From NCBI GenBank assembly GCA_035644115.1, contig DASQPE010000293.1, forward strand, positions 1 to 49,351: a stretch of 49,351 nucleotides of DNA, written 5' to 3'. This stretch comes from Gemmatimonadales bacterium (lineage in GTDB: Bacteria > Gemmatimonadota > Gemmatimonadetes > Gemmatimonadales > GWC2-71-9). The translations under genes and the position numbers were made by a program. The notes beneath the pieces were generated by a model. The model did not search any database and was not told where the DNA came from. It saw only the letters and a program-made list of their open reading frames with translations. Every line of letters begins with the position of its first letter. The first letter of the stretch is position 1. This document shows, one piece after another, positions 8,600 to 16,920 of the stretch.

Positions 8600-9636
8600 G
8601 GTCCGATCTCCAGGATCACCTTGCCGGCCTGGCCTTCCTTGATCACCTGAATTGCGTCCGCGATCTGCTCGAGCGGGAAGCGGTGGGTAAGCACCGGGCG
8701 CGGGTCGAGTTGGCCGGTGCGGAGGAGGCGCCGCATCTGGTCCCACGTCCCGTACATCTTGCGGCCGCTCACGCCGTAAAGGGTGAGGCCCTTGAAGATG
8801 ACGTCGCGGTCGAAGTGGACCTCGGTCGGTCGGCTCGGCGTGCCCAGCAGATTCACCCGCCCGCCCAGCCTGGCGGCGGCGAAGGCCTGGGCGTGTCCCT
8901 GGGGATGACCGCTCATCTCGCAGATCAGATCGACCCCGTCGCCCTGGGTGAGCTCGCGGGCCCGAGCGACGACGTCGTCGTGGGCGGGATTGAGCACGAC
9001 GTGCGCGCCCATGCAGCGGGCGATATCGAGGCGCCGGGGGTTATAGTCGCTCGCCATCACCAGCGAGGCTCCCGCGGCCCGGGCCACGCCGACGGCGAAG
9101 CAGCCAATGGGGCCGCAGCCGATCACCAGCACCGTGCTGCCCGGGACCTCGGCCTCGAGCACGGTATGGACCGCGTTGCCGAGGGGGTCCATGATGGCGC
9201 CGATCTCGGTGGGGATGCCGTCGAGCCGCATCACGTTGGAGACCGGCATCGCGATATACTCGGCGAAGGCGCCGTCCCGGTCGACCCCGATGACCTGGGT
9301 GTGCTGGCACAGGTGCGCGCTGCCGGTGCGGCACTGAAGGCAGTGGCCGCAGACCAGATGCCCCTCCGCGGTGACCAGGTCGCCGACCGCGAGCAGGCCG
9401 GACGGGTTGGCCTCGCTGCCGAAGCCCACGATCTCGCCGGCGAACTCGTGGCCGACCACGACCGGCAGCCGGAGTCGGCCGCTGGCCCAGCTGTCCCATT
9501 CCCAGATGTGAAGGTCGGTGCCGCAGACACCGGCGTGCCGGACCCGGATGAGAACGTCGCTGGGTCCGCAGGTGGGGCGCGGGACGTCCCGCAGGGTTAT
9601 GCCGGGGCCCGCAGAGTCTTTGACGAGGGCGCGCAT
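8596..9636 (-). CDS. tdh: L-threonine 3-dehydrogenase (zinc MDR family)
   Basis: MRALVK..., GVCGTDLHIWEWDSWA, GHEFAGEIV, GCGPIG Rossmann motif. Classic tdh-kbl operon arrangement. Confidence 0.95.
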   Translation of the reverse strand: MRALVKDSAGPGITLRDVPRPTCGPSDVLIRVRHAGVCGTDLHIWEWDSWASGRLRLPVVVGHEFAGEIVGFGSEANPSGLLAVGDLVTAEGHLVCGHCLQCRTGSAHLCQHTQVIGVDRDGAFAEYIAMPVSNVMRLDGIPTEIGAIMDPLGNAVHTVLEAEVPGSTVLVIGCGPIGCFAVGVARAAGASLVMASDYNPRRLDIARCMGAHVVLNPAHDDVVARARELTQGDGVDLICEMSGHPQGHAQAFAAARLGGRVNLLGTPSRPTEVHFDRDVIFKGLTLYGVSGRKMYGTWDQMRRLLRTGQLDPRPVLTHRFPLEQIADAIQVIKEGQAGKVILEIGP

Positions 9637-9657
9637 GCGGCGCGAAATATGGCAGCC

Positions 9658-12630
9658 CTAGGCGAGCGCCGGGAGTTGCTCCTCTGCTTCGCGCTCCTGC
9701 TGCTCTCGCACCCGCTCGACTCGGACTGCGGCCACCTTGAATGCGGCGATGCGGGCGTACGGGTCGAGCTGCGGGTTGGTGAGCAGGTTGGCCGCGGCTT
9801 CCCGGAAGTGCATCGGGATGAAGATCTGGCCTCGGGCCTGCCGGTCCGACAGCCGCGCGCCGATCAGGATGGAACCGCGGCGGGAGGTAACCCGGAGCGT
9901 GTCGCCCTCCTGCACATCGAGCTCCCGGGCATCGTCCGGGTTGATCTCGACCACCGGGACCGGCTCACGGGAATCCAGCCCGGTGGACCGGCGGGTCATC
10001 GTCCCGGTGTGCCAGTGGTACATCTGCCGGCCCGTGTTCAGCACGAACGGGAACTCCTCGTCGGGTAGCTCGCCGGGCGGGAGGTACTCGACCGGGACGA
10101 AGGTGGCGCGGCCATCAGCCGTCGGAAACCCGTCGGCGAACAGGAACGGGGTGCCGCGCGACTCCTCGTCGGGCACCGGATACTGCAGCGAGCCGAGGCG
10201 GTAGAGCTTCTCGTAGCTCACACCACGCCAGGACGGCGTGACCGACGCGATCTCCCGCATCACTTCTTTCGGGGTGTTGAACTCGGTCTTTAGGCCGAGC
10301 CGACGCGTGAGGTCGATCAGGATGTCGAGATCGCGGCGGGCCTGGCCGGGAGGAGGCACGGCCGGCTGCATCAGCTGGATGTGGCGGTCGGTGTTGACGA
10401 CGGTACCGCCCTTCTCCGCGAAGGAGGAGCCGGGCAGGATGACGTCGGCCCAGCGGGCCGTTTCCGTGAGGAAGAGGTCCTGCACCGCGAGGAACTCGAG
10501 ACGGCGGACCCATTCCTCGGCATGCGCGATGTTCGGGTCCGAGATGACCGGATTCTCGCCAAACACGAACATCCCGCGCACCGGGCTGTCGTCCTGGACG
10601 ATCTGGGTGACCATGAGGCCCGGCTTGAGCGAGAGCGACGCCTCGGGCACTCCCCAGGCCTTGGCGAACTCGGCCCGGACCGCCTGGTCGGCGACCGAGC
10701 GATAGTCGGTGTAGGCGAAGGGGATCGCGCCCATGTCGCTGGCGCCCTGGACGTTGTTCTGACCCCGGATGGGAATCATCGCGGCGCCCCAGCGCCCGAT
10801 CATGCCGCAGGCCAGCATCAGGTTGAGCAGGCTCGCTACGATATCGGTGCCGGTGCTGTGCTGGGTGAGCCCCATGGCCCAGAGCGTCGAGGTATTGGGG
10901 CCCCGGGCATACAGCTCGGCCGCACGGCGAATGGTGGCCGCCGGGATGGCCGTGATCTTGGCTGCCATCTCCGGGGTATACCGCTCCACTGCCGCCCGCA
11001 CTTGCTCGAACTCCTTGGTGCGTTCGGCAACGAACTTCTGATCCGTCAGGCCGGCCGCGATCACGTGGTGCAGCATGGCATTGAAGAGCACCACGTCGCT
11101 GCCCGGCATCATCTGGAGATGGATGTCGGCCAGCCCGGCGAGCTCGGTCCGGCGCACATCCGCCACGATCAGCCTGGCGCCCTTGGAGACCGCCCGCTTG
11201 ATCAGCGCGCCGAAGACCGGGTGGGTCTCGGTCGTGTTGGCGCCCGCGATGAGGATGACGTCGCAGGCCTCCTCGATCTCGCGCATGGAGCCCGAGGCGG
11301 CGCCGGTGTTGAGGGCCCGGCCCATGGCGGCCACCGACGACGAGTGACAGAGGCGGGTGCAGTGGTCCACGTTGTTGGTGCCGAACGCGGCCCGGACCAT
11401 CCGCATGAAGACGTAGTTGTCTTCGTTGGTGCACTTGGCCGAGGAGAGCGCGGCGAGGGCGTCGGGCCCGTGCTCCCGCTTGATCCGTTGGAGCTCCTGG
11501 GTCGTCAGGCTCATGGCCTCGTCCCAGGTGGCTTCGCGGAATGCGCTGTACCATCCCGCCGGCGTCGCAACCCGGTCGCGCACGTCGTATTCGCTCAGCA
11601 CGGCCAAGCCGGTTTGGGGCGGCTTGCCCACGCTGCGATTGGGTGGCCGGGGCTTTTCGCGCCCGCCCGCCTCTTCCACCGTGCTCCAGGGACCTTCCCG
11701 GTGGCGGGGCCACTCGCCCCGCCAGACCCACTGCCCGTCCTGGTGCTCCCAGCCCTTCCGGATCAGCGGCCGGGTGAGGCGGTCGCGGTGCTGCGGGAAG
11801 TCGTAACCGAACCGGCCCTTCACGCAGGTGGAGCCCTGGTTCGGCGTGGACTCCTCGATCCAGGGCGAGGTGACCCGCACGATCTGATCGCCTTTGACGT
11901 GGATGTCGAGCTGGCACCCGACGCCGCAGTAGGGACAGACGGAGCGGGCGAGCTTGTCGGGCGTGCGAACGGCCTCCGAGCCGAACCGTTGCTGGGGTAT
12001 GAACTCGAAGATGGCCCCGGTGGGACAGACCCGGACGCATTCGCCACACCAGGTACAGCCCGCGTGGTCGGGGTCGCCATCGCCGCCCACGATGATCTGC
12101 GTCGTGGCTCCCCGTTGGGCCACGTCCAGGACGCCGACTTCCTGAATGTCCTCACAGGCGCGCACGCACCGGGTGCACAGGATGCACAGGCTCATGTCGT
12201 GCTGGATCATCACGTCACCCGGACGCTCGTCGCCGGTGCGGAGCGGCAGCTCGTGATGCGGCCGCACCGGCACGTCATAGCGCACGACCATCTGCTCGAA
12301 CTCGTTGCGGGGGTTCGCCCGCCCGCCGTTGGCCAGGTGGTCGTCCGGATAGCGCTCGAGCAGGAACTCGAGAACGCCGCGCCGGCTCTCGACCGCCGCC
12401 GGCGACTCCGTTTCCACCACCATGCCGTCCGCCGCCTGGGTGTAGCACGCCGGGGTCAGCTTGTTCTGACCCTGGACCGAAACCAGGCATATGCGGCAGT
12501 TGGCGACGATGGGGAGCTTGGGATACCAGCAGAGGGTCGGAATGTTGATTCCGGCCTTCCGGGCAGCGTCGAGGATGGTTGCACCCGGCTCGAAGGGAAC
12601 CGAGGTGCCGTTTATGGTCAGCGTGGTCAT
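9658..12630 (-). CDS. Formate dehydrogenase alpha subunit, fused type (N-terminal 2Fe-2S/4Fe-4S NuoG-like module + molybdopterin domain), Cys variant
   Basis: N-terminus INGTSVPFEPGATILDAARKAGINIPTLCWYPKL...CRICLV, ferredoxin Cys clusters (CILCTRCVRAC, CTWCGECVRVCPTGA), Mo-bisPGD 4Fe-4S motif CPYCGVGC and active-site HCTRLCHSSSV. The active-site codon is TGT at 11349..11347, not TGA. Confidence 0.9.
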   Translation of the reverse strand: MTTLTINGTSVPFEPGATILDAARKAGINIPTLCWYPKLPIVANCRICLVSVQGQNKLTPACYTQAADGMVVETESPAAVESRRGVLEFLLERYPDDHLANGGRANPRNEFEQMVVRYDVPVRPHHELPLRTGDERPGDVMIQHDMSLCILCTRCVRACEDIQEVGVLDVAQRGATTQIIVGGDGDPDHAGCTWCGECVRVCPTGAIFEFIPQQRFGSEAVRTPDKLARSVCPYCGVGCQLDIHVKGDQIVRVTSPWIEESTPNQGSTCVKGRFGYDFPQHRDRLTRPLIRKGWEHQDGQWVWRGEWPRHREGPWSTVEEAGGREKPRPPNRSVGKPPQTGLAVLSEYDVRDRVATPAGWYSAFREATWDEAMSLTTQELQRIKREHGPDALAALSSAKCTNEDNYVFMRMVRAAFGTNNVDHCTRLCHSSSVAAMGRALNTGAASGSMREIEEACDVILIAGANTTETHPVFGALIKRAVSKGARLIVADVRRTELAGLADIHLQMMPGSDVVLFNAMLHHVIAAGLTDQKFVAERTKEFEQVRAAVERYTPEMAAKITAIPAATIRRAAELYARGPNTSTLWAMGLTQHSTGTDIVASLLNLMLACGMIGRWGAAMIPIRGQNNVQGASDMGAIPFAYTDYRSVADQAVRAEFAKAWGVPEASLSLKPGLMVTQIVQDDSPVRGMFVFGENPVISDPNIAHAEEWVRRLEFLAVQDLFLTETARWADVILPGSSFAEKGGTVVNTDRHIQLMQPAVPPPGQARRDLDILIDLTRRLGLKTEFNTPKEVMREIASVTPSWRGVSYEKLYRLGSLQYPVPDEESRGTPFLFADGFPTADGRATFVPVEYLPPGELPDEEFPFVLNTGRQMYHWHTGTMTRRSTGLDSREPVPVVEINPDDARELDVQEGDTLRVTSRRGSILIGARLSDRQARGQIFIPMHFREAAANLLTNPQLDPYARIAAFKVAAVRVERVREQQEREAEEQLPALA

Positions 12631-12658
12631 GGCGGTATTTAAAGGGAGCCTTTACCCG

Positions 12659-12686
12659 AGTCTAGAGGCAACCCGAGCAGGGGCAA
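12659..12686 (-). promoter_or_regulatory. Candidate promoter for the formate dehydrogenase gene (TTGCCC-16 nt-TAGACT on the minus strand)
   Basis: Minus-strand -35 at 12686..12681 and -10 at 12664..12659, inside the only AT-richer stretch of the 111-bp intergenic gap. Sequence match only. Confidence 0.25.
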
Positions 12687-12741
12687 GGAAATTAGGCAAT
12701 TCGTTGGCTAGCGTCTGGATGCGCGAAGGGTGGAGGGCGTC

Positions 12742-13605
12742 TCAGCAGACCGCCATGTCGTCGGCGGAGAGCGTCCCGGGCTCGGCCGGCGCTCGGACCA
12801 GGACGATGCCCGGAGAACGGGATCCGCGACGCCGGGGCTTGCCGATTTCTTCTCGGACCCAGCCGTCGTAGTGGTGCAGCAGCGCCTCCGGCGCCATCCC
12901 GCCCCGGCCGGGCAGCAGGACGTGGACCCCAGCCTGACAGGTGCGGCACTGCAGCGCGCTGATCAGGCCGTCGCGCACTCCCGGATCGAGCTCGCCTATC
13001 TCTCCGGCATCGACGACGGTAATCGCGATCACGTCCGGCAGCGGCGGACACCAGAGCTCGAAATCCACCACGGTAGCCAGGATCGGGACCGCAAGCGACT
13101 CATCCTCGACGCGCGATTCGACCCGGTCCACACTCCCCAGATCGGCGGCGAGAAACGTCACCGGGACGTCGTGCGCGGCCAGCAGGAAGGCCGCGCCGTC
13201 GGCCGCCCCGCCCACGACCACCGCTTCATCCTGGGGCTCCACTCGCCGCACCAGGGCAGCCACCGGGCACTCGGGCTCCAGTCCCCAGTGCGTCGGCCCT
13301 CGCTGGGCATCCCGCAGATCCTTGATCCAGCTCTTCCATCTCTTGAACGGCTTGAGCTTGAGGCGCCGCTTGATCAGATCGTCGACGCTGTCGAGCATCA
13401 GGATCTCGGTCAGGAGGAATTGACCTTCAGTGGCCTCCTGAAGCTCACGGTTGGCTTCGTCGCCGAGCCGCAGCAGCTGGTTGCGGGACAGCGAGTTCTT
13501 GTAGGCCTCGATTTTCTGGAGGATGTACTCGTCGTACTGCCGCTTGGTCGATGTGCGGGGGCGACGCCGGCGTTCGACCCGGAGGGCCTGGACGGAAGTC
13601 AGCAT
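12742..13605 (-). CDS. Hypothetical protein (287 aa); Lys/Arg-rich helical N-terminus and a possible Rossmann-like C-terminal half
   Basis: Strong GC3 bias in this frame (atg ctg act tcc gtc cag gcc ctc ...). The opposite-strand ORF 12730..13707 looks like an antisense shadow. No family recognised; the segment VVVGGAADGAAFLLAAHDVPVTFLAADLG is only weakly dinucleotide-fold-like. Confidence 0.6.
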   Translation of the reverse strand: MLTSVQALRVERRRRPRTSTKRQYDEYILQKIEAYKNSLSRNQLLRLGDEANRELQEATEGQFLLTEILMLDSVDDLIKRRLKLKPFKRWKSWIKDLRDAQRGPTHWGLEPECPVAALVRRVEPQDEAVVVGGAADGAAFLLAAHDVPVTFLAADLGSVDRVESRVEDESLAVPILATVVDFELWCPPLPDVIAITVVDAGEIGELDPGVRDGLISALQCRTCQAGVHVLLPGRGGMAPEALLHHYDGWVREEIGKPRRRGSRSPGIVLVRAPAEPGTLSADDMAVC

Positions 13606-13722
13606 GCGTTCTGGGCTGGCGCTCGCGCTGCACCCACTGGTGCCATCTGCGGTCCTTCGGTCCGACGCTGGGTCAACGGAGAAACTACGGTGATCGCAAG
13701 CTGGTAAGACGCGCGGTTTGTG

Positions 13723-14898
13723 TCAACGCTTTGGGAAGTCTTCGCCGCTCGCGCGCAGCACCGCACCCTTCAGATACCCGGTTTCGGGAACGGTGAGGAT
13801 CTCGGGGTGGTCTTCGCCCGCGCCGAGGATGGCCCGCAGCTCGAGCCGGCGGCCGCTGTCGGCGGCGGCGACCGCCAGCATCTCCAGGAACTCGGGGCGG
13901 CCGACGTGAAACGAGCACGACGCCGTCACCAGGTGACCACCGGGCGCCAGCAGTCGCATCGCCCGGAGATTGATCTCGCGATAGCCGCGAAGCGCCTCCG
14001 GCACCGCCGACCGGGACTTGGCGAAGGCCGGCGGGTCGAGGACCACGGTATCGAACCGCTCCCGGGCGCGGTCCATTGCGCGGAGGACCTCGAACACGTC
14101 TCCCTGCCGCCAGACGATGTTGGTGAACCCGTTGAGCTCGGCATTCACGGCGCCGCGCGCGAGCGCGTCGGCGCTCGCATCCACCGCGAGCACCTCGGCC
14201 GATCGGGTCGCAAGGTGGAGGGCAAACGAGCCGTGGTAGGCAAAGCAGTCGAGCGTGCGACCGCTCGGTGGCGTCAGTGCGGCGGCGAGCAGCCGATTGG
14301 GGCGCTGGTCGAGAAACGCCCCCGTCTTCTGCCCGGTCCATGGGGCGGCGAGATACCTCACCCCAGCTTCGCGAACCTCGATCCATTCGGGGACCGTGCC
14401 GTGAGCGAGCACCGTTTCCTCCGGCAGTCGCTCCCGCCGCCGCGCCGGAGCGTCGTGCCGCAGCAGGACGCCGTCGGGATGGAGGAGGTCCACCAGCGCG
14501 TCCACGATCTCGGCCCGCATCGTCTCGAGCCCCGCGGAGAGCAGCTGCGCCACCAGCCAGCGATCGTAGCGGTCAACGACGAGGGAAGGGAGCCCGTCGC
14601 CCTCGGCGTGCACCAGCCGCCAGGCGGTAGCATCGATCCCCTGGCGGCGGCCGATTGCGGCGGCCAGGCGCTCACGCCACCACGCCGCGTCGACGGTGCG
14701 ATCGGTCCGCTCGAGGAGGCGAAGCCGGATCTCGGAGCTGGGTGAGTAGAGCGCCTGCCCGATGAATTTGCCCCGTGGGTCGCGCACCGGGACCAGGCCG
14801 GGCTGGCCGGGATCGTCGCGCACGTCGCTACGGTAAATCCAGGGGTGACCCCGTACCCACCGCTCGGCTCCGCGGGCGGTGACCCGGACGGCGGTCAC
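13723..14898 (-). CDS. rlmI: Class I SAM-dependent rRNA methyltransferase, RlmI-like (PUA + MTase)
   Basis: GHPWIYRSDV (PUA-type N-terminus), LDCFAYHGSFALHLA, VLAVDAS..AL, FDTVVLDPPAFAKS, GGHLVTASCS. GTG 14898 overlaps the aroH TGA (GTGA); the track start 14997 lies inside aroH. Confidence 0.85.
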   Translation of the reverse strand: MTAVRVTARGAERWVRGHPWIYRSDVRDDPGQPGLVPVRDPRGKFIGQALYSPSSEIRLRLLERTDRTVDAAWWRERLAAAIGRRQGIDATAWRLVHAEGDGLPSLVVDRYDRWLVAQLLSAGLETMRAEIVDALVDLLHPDGVLLRHDAPARRRERLPEETVLAHGTVPEWIEVREAGVRYLAAPWTGQKTGAFLDQRPNRLLAAALTPPSGRTLDCFAYHGSFALHLATRSAEVLAVDASADALARGAVNAELNGFTNIVWRQGDVFEVLRAMDRARERFDTVVLDPPAFAKSRSAVPEALRGYREINLRAMRLLAPGGHLVTASCSFHVGRPEFLEMLAVAAADSGRRLELRAILGAGEDHPEILTVPETGYLKGAVLRASGEDFPKR

Positions 14899-15272
14899 AC
14901 CCGATCGGGGCGCAGGACGGTGGCCCGTCGCAGATAGCAGTGCTTGATTTCCGCGCGCGAGCGGGAGGTGTAGGCGTGGACCAGAAGCCGGATGCACCTG
15001 GGCAGCGAGCCCGGGACCGGGATCTCGGTCGCGTGGAGCAGCGCCACGATGTTCCAGCCGAAGTCTTCCGCTGCCCGGGCCGGAAACGCGGCGTCGAGAT
15101 CCCGGGTGACCGTGAAGAACGCGCTGACGATGTCGTCCGGCTCGAGATCGTTCGCCGTGATGAGCGTGCGCAGCAGCTCGTCGGTGGCGCCGAGGATTTC
15201 GGCGGCGTCGTTCGACTCCACCGTGGTGGCGCCGCGAATGCCGTGAATACGAGGAACCGGGACGTCTGACAT
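14895..15272 (-). CDS. aroH: Chorismate mutase, AroH (monofunctional Bacillus-type)
   Basis: IHGIRGATTVESNDAAEILGATDELL...DIVSAFFTVTRDLDAAFPARAA...RCIRLLVHAYT...IKHCYLRRATVLRPD is collinear with B. subtilis AroH as I recall it. The true ATG is at 15272..15270; the track ORF start 15584 is an over-extension. Confidence 0.9.
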   Translation of the reverse strand: MSDVPVPRIHGIRGATTVESNDAAEILGATDELLRTLITANDLEPDDIVSAFFTVTRDLDAAFPARAAEDFGWNIVALLHATEIPVPGSLPRCIRLLVHAYTSRSRAEIKHCYLRRATVLRPDRV

Positions 15273-15900
15273 GGCGCCTAATCTAGCGTCGCTCCTGCGG
15301 CTGATGCTCGTGACCGACGACGCGCTCCTGGCCGGGCGGGACTTGGTGAGCCTCGCGCAAGCCGCCGAACGCGGCGGTGTCACCAGCGTGGAGCTCCGGC
15401 TCAAGCGGGCGACCGGGCGAGAGCTGGTGGCCGCGGCCCGCGCCCTGGTAACCGCGCTCCGGGTGCCGGTGGTGGTGAACGACCGGCCCGACATCGCGCT
15501 CGCGGCCGGGGCTGCAGGCGTGCATCTCGGTCCGGATGATCTCCCGGTCGAGCACGCACGACGGCTGGCACCGCCGGGATTCATCGTGGGCGCGTCTGCG
15601 GGGAGCTCCGAAGAGGCGATGGCGGGGCGAGACGCGGATTACTGGGGGGTTGGGCCCTGGCGCACCACCGGTACCAAACCGGACGCCGGGGTGCCGCTCG
15701 GTGCCGAGGGATTTCGGCGGCTGGTCGCGCTGGGGCAGGGCAAGCCGTGCCTCGCGATCGGCGGCGTGCGAGCGGAGGACGTCGAGGCGGTGCTCGCGGC
15801 TGGCGGCGCCGGGGTGGGGGTAGCGTCGGGGATCCTGGCGGCGGGGGATGTCGAGAGGGCGGCGAGGGAATACTCAACGGCAGTAAGAAGTAAGAAGTGA
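15271..15900 (+). CDS. thiE: Thiamine-phosphate synthase
   Basis: LMLVTDD, GGVTSVELRLK, VVVNDRPDIALAAGAAGVHLG.DDLP, GGV..EDV..VLAAGGAGVGVASGIL. The start is ATG 15271 (overlapping the aroH start, CATG) or ATG 15304. Confidence 0.9.
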   Translation: MAPNLASLLRLMLVTDDALLAGRDLVSLAQAAERGGVTSVELRLKRATGRELVAAARALVTALRVPVVVNDRPDIALAAGAAGVHLGPDDLPVEHARRLAPPGFIVGASAGSSEEAMAGRDADYWGVGPWRTTGTKPDAGVPLGAEGFRRLVALGQGKPCLAIGGVRAEDVEAVLAAGGAGVGVASGILAAGDVERAAREYSTAVRSKK

Positions 15901-15952
15901 AAAGTAAGAGGGACGCACCCCCCTCTTACCTCTCACCTCTCACCTCTCACCT
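15883..15952. repeat. Long hairpin with heptad-repeat arms (GTAAGAA/GTAAGAA/GTGAAAA/GTAAGAG+GG ... CC+CTCTTAC/CTCTCAC x3) between convergent thiE and mltG
   Basis: Read directly: 30-nt arms. The thiE stop (15898..15900) and the mltG stop (15940..15942) both lie inside the arms. All six non-Watson-Crick positions are A.C on the plus strand, which become G.U on the minus-strand RNA. Confidence 0.75.
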
Positions 15953-16920
15953 GTCTGGGTCAGTCTCCGAATCTTCCCGACGTTCCGGAGGTGCTCGTCA
16001 TACGTCCGGCTGAAGATGTGCCGTCCATCCGGCCCGGCGACGAAGTAGAGATAGTGTACGTCCGCCGGGTAGAGCGCGGCTTCGATGCTCCGGCGGCCGG
16101 GCGAGTTCACCGGCCCGGGCGGCAGGCCGGGATGCAGATAGGTGTTGTAGGGGGAGGGGAGCAGGTAGTCCTTCTGATAGAGGCGCGGCTTCCGGAGACG
16201 GTTTGCCAGCAGGATGGCGTACTGCACCGTGGGATCGGCCTGGAGCGCCATGTGGAGGCGAAGGCGATTCCGGTAGACGCCGGCAATCGTCTCCCGCTCA
16301 TCGTCCGCTCGGGCCTCGCCCTCCACGATCGAGGCGAGCGTGAGCAGCTCGCTCTGGGTCAGGTGTAAGGTGTCCAGCCGTGCGGTCCACTCCGGGCGCC
16401 ACGAGGTCTGGAAGCTTTCCACCATCCGGCGCACCAGGTCTCGGGCCGACGAGCCGAGCGGCACGGCATACGTGTCGGGCCGAAGGAAGCCCTCGAGGGA
16501 GGACCCGGTGACGCCCAGCTCTCGCGCCAGCGTGGGGTCGGCCGCGGCGGCGATGAACGAGTCGACCGGGATGGCGAGCCGGTCCGCCACCATGCCCGCC
16601 ACCTCCGGGATGGTGAGCCCCTCCGGGATGGTGAGCCGGGCGGTCGCGGTGCGGCCCTCCGCCAGCGCCGTGAGCACCGCATCAGTCGGCGTCCCGCGGC
16701 GAAACTCGTAGACGCCCGCCTTGGTGCTTCGATCGACGCCGCGAATCCGGGCGACCAGCTTGAACCAGAGCCGGCTCCAGATGATCTGATGCCGGGCCAG
16801 GGAGTCCGCCACCGCGGAAAAGGTGGACCGGGGCGGAATCGTGACCCGCTCGACCGGGCCGGATGGCCCCCCGCAGGCGAGCAACGGAATGGCCGCGAGC
16901 GCAACGAGGCGGCTCCTCAT
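15940..16920 (-). CDS. mltG: Endolytic murein transglycosylase MltG (YceG-like)
   Basis: Lipoprotein-like N-terminus MRSRLVALAAIPLLACGG, YceG motifs (AGVYEF, LTIPEG, ASIVEGEA, GVYRNRL, LQADPTVQY, SPYNTY...GLPPGP..NPG). ATG 16920 overlaps the ruvX TGA (ATGA); the track start 17424 is an over-extension. Confidence 0.9.
   Translation of the reverse strand: MRSRLVALAAIPLLACGGPSGPVERVTIPPRSTFSAVADSLARHQIIWSRLWFKLVARIRGVDRSTKAGVYEFRRGTPTDAVLTALAEGRTATARLTIPEGLTIPEVAGMVADRLAIPVDSFIAAAADPTLARELGVTGSSLEGFLRPDTYAVPLGSSARDLVRRMVESFQTSWRPEWTARLDTLHLTQSELLTLASIVEGEARADDERETIAGVYRNRLRLHMALQADPTVQYAILLANRLRKPRLYQKDYLLPSPYNTYLHPGLPPGPVNSPGRRSIEAALYPADVHYLYFVAGPDGRHIFSRTYDEHLRNVGKIRRLTQTGER

Noticed and set aside
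8600-8746. N-terminal extensions proposed by the ORF track (kbl to 8746, mltG to 17424, aroH to 15584, kinase from 2486, DUF4350 from 23471, moxR from 24205, 346-aa protein from 40937, isochorismatase from 44147)
   Set aside because: The extensions run into the preceding gene and are Pro/Arg-rich. Internal ATG or GTG codons that overlap the upstream stop (ATGA/GTGA), or that follow a Shine-Dalgarno sequence, coincide with the start of the homologous region.
11347-11349. Possible selenocysteine (in-frame TGA) at the formate dehydrogenase active site
   Set aside because: The codon is TGT (Cys) within HCTRLCHSS. The ORF is uninterrupted and no SECIS-like requirement exists.
10115-12642. Long ORFs 10381..12642 (+, 753 aa) and 10115..12049 (-, 644 aa) over the formate dehydrogenase gene
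   Set aside because: They are antisense or out-of-frame to a CDS with unmistakable Fe-S and molybdopterin motifs. Their composition (R/G/P/A/H-rich) is characteristic of non-coding frames.
15190-15304. TPP riboswitch upstream of thiE
   Set aside because: The sequence upstream of thiE is entirely aroH coding sequence on the other strand. No THI-box-like element or free leader exists.
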